A stretch of DNA of 32,000 bases from Thermosulfurimonas dismutans (lineage in GTDB: Bacteria; Desulfobacterota; Thermodesulfobacteria; Thermodesulfobacteriales; Thermodesulfobacteriaceae): positions 210,001-242,000 of the forward strand of contig NZ_LWLG01000002.1 in the NCBI RefSeq assembly GCF_001652585.1, read 5' to 3'. Position numbers and translations under genes: made by a program. Shown one piece after another: positions 26,159-32,000 of the stretch (the first letter of the stretch is position 1; every line of letters starts with the position of its first letter). The notes under the pieces were generated by a model. The model was not told where the DNA came from. It saw only the letters and a program-made list of their open reading frames with translations, and searched no databases.

Positions 26159-26634
26159 CCGAAAAGAACATCCTCCGGCCAGTGATGACCAAGATAGACC
26201 CTAGAAAGGCCCACCATGAAAGAAAAGACGATAACCGCCGGTGCCAATACCGGATCCACCGCCGAGAAAAAACCAGCTGCCGTGGCGGTGTTTATCGCAT
26301 GACAGGAGGGGAAGCCAAAGCTTCTGGCAGGAATGGGTTTCTCTACCCTGAAAAAGCGCCCGCCCTTATAAACTCTTATTCCCGTTGTGTTAGCATAGGG
26401 CCTGGGACGGGCTATAAGGGGTTTAAGCCCCCGGGCGCACAAAAAATCGGCTCCTATCACTAAAACAAAGGCTAAAATAGGGGCCAAAAGGCCCCTATTT
26501 CCCAAACGTTTAATAAGAATCGCGCTCATGGTCACAAAAAAGGCATAAATAACGTCTTCACGGCTCAGAAGGACCATGAGGCGATCCCAAAAGGGCCCCC
26601 AGCCCGAGTTTATGAGAAAGAAAAGGTGGGTCAA
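26089..26634 (-). CDS. PAP2-family lipid phosphatase
   Basis: 181 aa. It has all three PAP2 motifs: KPLIARPRP (KxxxxxxRP), FPSCH (PSGH) and [13 protein letters not shown] (SRxxxxxHxxxD). Confidence 0.85.
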   Translation of the reverse strand: MTHLFFLINSGWGPFWDRLMVLLSREDVIYAFFVTMSAILIKRLGNRGLLAPILAFVLVIGADFLCARGLKPLIARPRPYANTTGIRVYKGGRFFRVEKPIPARSFGFPSCHAINTATAAGFFSAVDPVLAPAVIVFSFMVGLSRVYLGHHWPEDVLFGWFLGGLIGFVGGLIWRRRIRDP

Positions 26635-27284
26635 ATCTTTATGCCCGCCTCCTCGGCATCCTTGAGAAAACGCTCAAGCCCCACATCCGTTAATGGATGC
26701 CGGAACATCTGTTTGATGACCTTGTAAGGGATAGTGGCGATATCCACTCCCAGCTCCGCACAACGCCGCACGTGGTCCACATGCCGGATGCTCGCCGCAA
26801 TGATCTCGGTCTCAAGTCCATAAATCTCGTAAATGGCCACTACCTCCTCGATAACTTTGAGCCCGTCGTAGCCGATGTCGTCTATCCGGCCTATGAAGGG
26901 CGAAACATAGGTAGCCCCCACCTTGGCCGCCAGCAGGGCTTGAAGGGGGGAAAAAACCAAAGTGACATTGGTCTTTATGTCTTCGGCAGAAAGGGTCTTG
27001 ACCGCTTTTATACCCTCCTCGGTGCAAGGGATCTTGATGACGGCGTTATCTCCCAGTTTAGCCAGTTCCCGGGCCTCCCGAATCATGCCCTCGGCATCCG
27101 TAGCTACTACCTCTACCGAAACCGGAAGGCCCTCGCATTCCCTGAGGATATCGCTTACGGCCTCTTTCCAAGGTCGGCCGGTCTTTTTGACCAGCGAGGG
27201 GTTAGTGGTCACCCCATCAAGAATACCTAGGGCCTTGATCTCCCGGATCTCATTTATGTCCGCAGTGTCAATGAAGATCTTCAT
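26631..27284 (-). CDS. tal: Short-type transaldolase / fructose-6-phosphate aldolase family
   Basis: 217 aa. Contains [21 protein letters not shown], the Schiff-base Lys context VIKIPCT, and SPFIGRIDD. Confidence 0.92.
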   Translation of the reverse strand: MKIFIDTADINEIREIKALGILDGVTTNPSLVKKTGRPWKEAVSDILRECEGLPVSVEVVATDAEGMIREARELAKLGDNAVIKIPCTEEGIKAVKTLSAEDIKTNVTLVFSPLQALLAAKVGATYVSPFIGRIDDIGYDGLKVIEEVVAIYEIYGLETEIIAASIRHVDHVRRCAELGVDIATIPYKVIKQMFRHPLTDVGLERFLKDAEEAGIKI

Positions 27285-28477
27285 ATCCCTTCCCTCCTCT
27301 GCAATTTTAATCTAAGGGCCTGCAATCTTATGAAACCCTCGGCGTCCTTTTGGTTATAACCACCGGCCTCATCGAAGCTTGCGAGATCCTGGCGATAAAG
27401 AGAAACCGGACTTTTCCGCCCGGCCACTATAACATTTCCTTTGTAAAGTTTAACCCGCACCATGCCGGTCACGTTCTTCTGAGTCTCTTCGATAAAAGCC
27501 CTCAAGGCCTCCATCTCCGGAGAAAACCAGAAGCCATAATAGATCAGTTCCGAAAATTTGGGGACAAGGCTGTCTCGCAAGTGCATGACCTCCCGATCCA
27601 GAGTGAGATGTTCAAGGGCCCGGTGGGCCACCTGGAGAATGGTCCCCCCGGGGGTCTCATAAATTCCGCGGCTTTTGAGGCCTACGAAGCGGTTTTCCAC
27701 CATATCCACTCGCCCCACCCCGTGCCGGCCTCCCATTTCATTGAGTTTCTGGAGCAAGGCCGCAGGGGAGAGCCTTTCCCCGTTAACCGCCACCGGTGCT
27801 CCTCTCTCGAACTCTATCTCCACATATTCCGGCTCGTCAGGGGCCTTCTCCGGGGAGACCGTCATCTGGAACATGTCCTCCGGAGGCTCGGCCCAGGGAT
27901 CCTCTAAAATACCGCCCTCGTAACTTATATGAAATAAGTTGGCATCAATACTGTAGGGCTTTTCCTTTGTTACTGGCACCGGAATGCCGTGCGCCTCAGC
28001 AAACTGGATCAGGTCCTCTCGCCCTTCAAACGCCCATTCCCGCCAGGGAGCAATGACCTTGAGATCCGGAGCAAGGGCCGCATAGGTAAGCTCAAACCTC
28101 ACCTGGTCGTTACCTTTACCGGTGGCCCCATGGGCCACGGCGTCCGCCCCCACCTCCCGGGCCACCTTAACCTGTTCTCGGGCAATAAGGGGCCGAGCCA
28201 AAGAAGTCCCCATGAGGTACCAGCCCTCATAAACCGCATTGGCCTTAAGGGCCGTAAAGATGAACTCGGCGACAAATTCCTCTTTAAGATCCCGAATGAT
28301 AACCTCTTCGGCCCCGCAGGCGAGCCCTTTTCGTCTTACCTCCTCCCAGTCCTCCTCCTGGCCTACATCCGCACAGAAGGCCACCACTGGACATTGATAT
28401 TTCTCTATAAGCCATTTCAAAATCACCGAGGTATCGAGTCCTCCGGAATAAGCCAGTACAATCTTTTTCGGTTTCAT
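27281..28477 (-). CDS. argG: Argininosuccinate synthase
   Basis: 398 aa. Contains [14 protein letters not shown] (PP-loop), [14 protein letters not shown] and [20 protein letters not shown]. Confidence 0.97.
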   Translation of the reverse strand: MKPKKIVLAYSGGLDTSVILKWLIEKYQCPVVAFCADVGQEEDWEEVRRKGLACGAEEVIIRDLKEEFVAEFIFTALKANAVYEGWYLMGTSLARPLIAREQVKVAREVGADAVAHGATGKGNDQVRFELTYAALAPDLKVIAPWREWAFEGREDLIQFAEAHGIPVPVTKEKPYSIDANLFHISYEGGILEDPWAEPPEDMFQMTVSPEKAPDEPEYVEIEFERGAPVAVNGERLSPAALLQKLNEMGGRHGVGRVDMVENRFVGLKSRGIYETPGGTILQVAHRALEHLTLDREVMHLRDSLVPKFSELIYYGFWFSPEMEALRAFIEETQKNVTGMVRVKLYKGNVIVAGRKSPVSLYRQDLASFDEAGGYNQKDAEGFIRLQALRLKLQRREGI

Positions 28478-28530
28478 GTTTCACCCCGCATTGTCGGATC
28501 GAAAATTTTATAGCATTATAAAACCTGACC

Positions 28531-29505
28531 ATGGATAAAGAAAGATTACTTTCCGCTATCGCAGAAGACCTCAAGAAGATCGAGGCCGCTCTCGGTGCGG
28601 TTCAGGCCTCGCAGGTACCCTTTATAAATGAAGTCAGCCATTACATCCTGTTTGCCGGTGGCAAGCGTCTGCGGCCTCTCCTTACAGTACTTTGCGCACG
28701 GCTCTGCGGTTATGAGGACGAGCAAATCTATCGACTTTCCGTCCTCTTTGAGTATCTTCATGCCGCCACCCTGCTTCACGACGACGTGGTGGATGGGGCA
28801 GAATTCCGACGGGGTCGCAAAGCCGCGCACAACCTCTGGGGCAACCAGGCCACCATCCTGGTGGGAGATTACCTTTATGCCCGGGCTTTAAGGATCGCCG
28901 TTGAGGAGGGCAACTTCGATATTCTTAAAGTCGTAACCCAAACCACCCTTCTTATGAGCGAAGGGGAAGTTCTCCAACTTCTAAATTGCGACAACACCGG
29001 CCTCACGGAAAAGGAATACGAGGACGTGATCTTTCGGAAGACTGCGGCCCTGATCTCGGCGGCCTGCGAGTGCGGGGGTATCATGGCCGGAGTTTCGGAC
29101 AAGGAGCGGGAGGCCCTTCGAGAGTTTGGCAGGCACTTGGGCCTGGCCTTTCAGATTACCGACGACCTCCTGGATTATCTGGGGGTCTCCGAGGAGACCG
29201 GCAAGGACATCGGAACGGATTTCAAGGAAGGAAAAGTCACCCTCCCCTTGCTCTACACCTTGAACCAGGCCTCTGAGTCCGACCGCACCCGCTTGCTCTC
29301 TCTTCTGAGAGACACCGAACCTTCTCGGGAAACCTTTCGGGAAGCCGTGGAAATCATTAATCATTACAGAGGTTTCGAGTACACCCGCCAGCGGGCCGAA
29401 GTCGAGGTAGAAAAGGCTCTATCGCATCTTTTCCTCTTCTCTCAGAATCCCACCCGGGACCTTCTTGAAAATCTCACTCGGTACATACTGGTGCGACGAA
29501 AATGA
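28531..29505 (+). CDS. ispB: Long-chain trans-polyprenyl diphosphate synthase (IspB-like; product chain length not determinable)
   Basis: 324 aa. Contains GGKRLRP, a first Asp-rich motif LLHDDVVDG, and a second Asp-rich motif QITDDLLDY. Confidence 0.88.
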   Translation: MDKERLLSAIAEDLKKIEAALGAVQASQVPFINEVSHYILFAGGKRLRPLLTVLCARLCGYEDEQIYRLSVLFEYLHAATLLHDDVVDGAEFRRGRKAAHNLWGNQATILVGDYLYARALRIAVEEGNFDILKVVTQTTLLMSEGEVLQLLNCDNTGLTEKEYEDVIFRKTAALISAACECGGIMAGVSDKEREALREFGRHLGLAFQITDDLLDYLGVSEETGKDIGTDFKEGKVTLPLLYTLNQASESDRTRLLSLLRDTEPSRETFREAVEIINHYRGFEYTRQRAEVEVEKALSHLFLFSQNPTRDLLENLTRYILVRRK

Positions 29506-30137
29506 AAAACTTGAAACTCTTGGTCTTTGATTGCGACGGTGTTCTCTTCGATTCTCGGGAAGCCAACCGAGCCTATTACGAGGATATATGCCGAGCTATG
29601 GGCCGAGGGCCCCTTACCGAAGAGGAATTGCATTATGTCCACATGCACACCGCGGAAGAATCCGTAAGATATCTTTTTCGCCAGCTTCCCGAAAAACTTG
29701 AGGCTGCTCTTGCCTATCAGAAAAATCTTCCCTATGAAAAATTCCTGCCCTACATGAAGATGGAACCCGGACTCAAGGAGTTTCTCACCTGGGCCCGGGA
29801 GCGCTTTAGACTCGCTATCTCCACCAACCGCACGACCACTATGGGGCGGCTACTTGAGATCTTCGGTCTCGAGCCATATTTCGATCTCGTCATGACGGCC
29901 TTAAAAAGTCCAAAGCCCAAACCCCATCCCGAAGCCCTGACCGTCGTCCTTGAATATTTTGGCACCACCCCAGAAGAAACCCTTTATATAGGAGACTCTG
30001 AGGTGGATCTTACACTATGCCGGGCGGTGAGCGTTCCCCTGGTGGCTTACAAAAATCCAGCCCTTCCGGCAAATTTTCATGTAAATTCTTATACCGAACT
30101 CCAGGCCTTACTTTCCTCTTCCTCTAAAAAGGATTAA
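29502..30137 (+). CDS. HAD-superfamily hydrolase (phosphoglycolate phosphatase-like subfamily IA)
   Basis: 211 aa. Motif I is LVFDCDGVLFDS, motif II is ISTNR, and motif IV is YIGDSEVD. ATGA overlap with ispB. Confidence 0.8.
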   Translation: MKNLKLLVFDCDGVLFDSREANRAYYEDICRAMGRGPLTEEELHYVHMHTAEESVRYLFRQLPEKLEAALAYQKNLPYEKFLPYMKMEPGLKEFLTWARERFRLAISTNRTTTMGRLLEIFGLEPYFDLVMTALKSPKPKPHPEALTVVLEYFGTTPEETLYIGDSEVDLTLCRAVSVPLVAYKNPALPANFHVNSYTELQALLSSSSKKD

Positions 30138-30169
30138 TCTTAATATTACAAACGTTTCGTTAGAGGTCT

Positions 30170-30712
30170 TTGAAAATGGAAAAGCCTGGTTTGAGAATCC
30201 CTTTAGAGGAAATCCCCCCGGAGGGATTGCATCTCGAATTTGAAGAAGGAGGCGAACTCCTTCGAGACTGTTTTTTCCTGAACAAACCGCTTTTAGCCAA
30301 GGTCTTCTTGAAAAAAAGGGGAATTGATGTTAAAGCCAAAGGGCACATTGAAACTACAGTTATCCTTACTTGCGATCGATGTTTAGAAGAATTTTTGTTT
30401 GAAGTAAATGAGGACTTTGAAGTAGAGTTCCGGCCTCAGGCCAGTATGCCTTTAAAAGAGGAAACCCAGCTTACGCGGGAGGACCTGGACGTGGTCTTTT
30501 ATGAAGGCGACGTCATTCCGGTGGACGAACTGGTACGGGAGCAAGTGATCCTGGCGGTACCCCACAAGAAACTCTGCCGTGAGGACTGTCGGGGGCTCTG
30601 TCCCCGTTGCGGAAAGAATCTGAACCAGGGTCTTTGCGGATGCGAGAACCGCAAAACGAGCCCTTTTGCGGTTCTTAAGGAACTTCTGGGAAACAAGAAG
30701 CCCAATCCTTGA
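30170..30712 (+). CDS. yceD: YceD/DUF177 family protein (large-subunit ribosomal assembly-associated)
   Basis: The C-terminal Cys cluster CREDCRGLCPRCGKNLNQGLCGC and its conserved position directly upstream of rpmF-plsX-fabH support the call. The track start is a TTG at 30170; an ATG at 30176 is an alternative. Confidence 0.82.
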   Translation: MKMEKPGLRIPLEEIPPEGLHLEFEEGGELLRDCFFLNKPLLAKVFLKKRGIDVKAKGHIETTVILTCDRCLEEFLFEVNEDFEVEFRPQASMPLKEETQLTREDLDVVFYEGDVIPVDELVREQVILAVPHKKLCREDCRGLCPRCGKNLNQGLCGCENRKTSPFAVLKELLGNKKPNP

Positions 30713-30730
30713 TCAATAGGAGGTGTCAAG

Positions 30731-30913
30731 ATGGCCGTTCCCAAAAGAAAGACTTCCCGTTCCCGGCGTGGGAAACGTCGGGCCCATAAACATCTCGTGG
30801 CTCCTTGTGTCTCGGTGTGCCCCCGTTGTAAGAGTCCTAAACTTCCCCATCGGATATGTCCCAGTTGCGGGACCTATCGGGGTAAGGAGTTCCTGCCGTC
30901 CGAGGAAATCTAA
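30731..30913 (+). CDS. rpmF: 50S ribosomal protein L32 (zinc-ribbon form)
   Basis: [20 protein letters not shown]-terminus, then CPRC...CPSCG. AGGAGGTG RBS. Confidence 0.97.
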   Translation: MAVPKRKTSRSRRGKRRAHKHLVAPCVSVCPRCKSPKLPHRICPSCGTYRGKEFLPSEEI

Positions 30914-30916
30914 CCG

Positions 30917-31930
30917 GTGGTAGGTATAGCCCTGGATGTAATGGGGGGAGACTATGCCCCCCAGGAAGTTCTTAAGGGAGCCCAAGAGGCCTTAAAGGCC
31001 TCGAAGGGCATCTTCTTGTACTTAGTAGGCACGCAGGAGGCCCTTTCGGAATTTCCGGGTCACGAAAGGGTCAGCAAGGTTGTCGCCTCGCAGTGGGTGA
31101 AAATGGACGAGGCCCCAAGTGAGGCCTTACGGAGGAAGCTCGATTCCTCTATTCGGCGGGCTTTTGAACTCGTTAAAAAGGGAAAGGCCCAAGCGGTGGT
31201 AAGTGCCGGAAATTCGGGGGCTACTTATGCCTGTGCCCTCTTTACCCTAGGCAGGATCTCAGGAGTTATGCGGCCGGCGATTGCCACCGTATTGCCTACC
31301 CTTAAAAACCCTGCCGTCCTCATCGACGCCGGGGCCAACGTCGATTGCAAGCCTGCACACCTTCTCCAGTTCGCTTTCATGGGCTCTCTTTTTGCCGAAA
31401 GGATACTAGGCATCCAAAATCCACGGGTGGGACTACTATCCATAGGGGAAGAAGGCGGAAAAGGCAATTTTCTAGTCAAGCGGGCCCATGCCCTCCTCTC
31501 CGAAAGTCCTCTTAACTACATTGGCAACATTGAAGGCCGTCATATCTATCTTGGAGAGGCGGAGGTCATCGTTTGTGACGGTTTTGTGGGCAACATCTGC
31601 CTCAAGGTCTCGGAAGGGGTAGCCGAGGCGGTAGCCGAGATGCTCAAAGCCGAGGTCAAAAAAGATCCTCTGGCCATTTTAGGGTTCTCTCTGGCTCGAA
31701 GGGCCCTCAAACGTTTCCGCAAACGTACCGATTGGCGGGAACACGGAGGAGCTCCCCTTCTCGGGGTAAATGGAGTGGTTATCATCGGCCACGGACGCTC
31801 GGATGCTCGGGCCATCAAAAACGCCATTTTAGTGGCCCAAAAGTTTGTGGAAACCGGGCTTACTGAAAGACTTGGCAAGTCTCTTCACCAAAAATCAAAA
31901 TCACTAAAGGAGAATCAAGCGATACAATGA
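30917..31930 (+). CDS. plsX: Phosphate acyltransferase PlsX
   Basis: 337 aa with a GTG start. Contains IALDVMGGDYAP, VSAGNSGA, and GAPLLGVNGVVIIGHGRS. Confidence 0.95.
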   Translation: MVGIALDVMGGDYAPQEVLKGAQEALKASKGIFLYLVGTQEALSEFPGHERVSKVVASQWVKMDEAPSEALRRKLDSSIRRAFELVKKGKAQAVVSAGNSGATYACALFTLGRISGVMRPAIATVLPTLKNPAVLIDAGANVDCKPAHLLQFAFMGSLFAERILGIQNPRVGLLSIGEEGGKGNFLVKRAHALLSESPLNYIGNIEGRHIYLGEAEVIVCDGFVGNICLKVSEGVAEAVAEMLKAEVKKDPLAILGFSLARRALKRFRKRTDWREHGGAPLLGVNGVVIIGHGRSDARAIKNAILVAQKFVETGLTERLGKSLHQKSKSLKENQAIQ

Positions 31931-32000
31931 GAAAGGCCGGAGCATTCATTTTAGGGACTGGTAGGGCGTTACCCTCGCGCGTTCTCACCAACCGAGATCT
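31927..32000 (+). CDS. fabH: 3-oxoacyl-ACP synthase III (FabH), N-terminal fragment running off the window
   Basis: Manual translation from the ATG at 31927 (ATGA overlap with the plsX stop) gives MRKAGAFILGTGRALPSRVLTNRDL. This fits the FabH N-terminus (I.G.G.y.P..v.tN.dl) and the conserved gene order. Confidence 0.7.
   Translation, partial: MRKAGAFILGTGRALPSRVLTNRD

Overview
This window looks like core chromosome from a diderm, probably thermophilic and anaerobic bacterium. That call is an inference from strong GGAGG ribosome-binding sites, charged-residue-rich proteins, Bam components, a sigma-54 regulator and Tat-exported redox enzymes. No organism can be named from sequence alone. Gene density is high and many neighbours share ATGA start/stop overlaps. 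I found no rRNA, tRNA, CRISPR array, transposase, integrase or phage genes.

Most genes are housekeeping:
- purA
- a non-canonical biotin-dependent carboxylase cluster: a divergent AccC, a fused AccA-AccD, a tandem biotinyl-domain protein and a class I BirA
- pcm
- bamD and a BamE-like lipoprotein
- a PilZ-radA-trxA-trxB-bamD gene string
- argG and a transaldolase
- a PAP2 phosphatase with an ArnT-like GT39 glycosyltransferase
- an ispB-like prenyl synthase and a HAD hydrolase
- the conserved yceD-rpmF-plsX-fabH cluster

The least ordinary region is 14.1-24.4 kb on the minus strand. It begins with a membrane sensor kinase and an NtrC-type sigma-54 activator. Next comes a candidate sigma-54 promoter with an upstream inverted repeat and an IHF-like A/T tract. 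Below that lie, in order:
- an 80-codon decayed relic of a molybdopterin-oxidoreductase gene
- an AmiS/UreI-family channel
- a 24-aa transmembrane micro-ORF that is absent from the ORF track
- a Tat-exported 842-aa molybdopterin subunit with FdnH-like and FdnI-like partners
- an operon-encoded porin followed by a clean intrinsic terminator

The substrate of this module cannot be assigned from sequence.

A second item of interest is a 588-aa protein with an HPr-kinase-like P-loop core. It is translationally coupled to a NifS-type desulfurase.

All functional calls rest on motif recognition by eye. No database search was possible.
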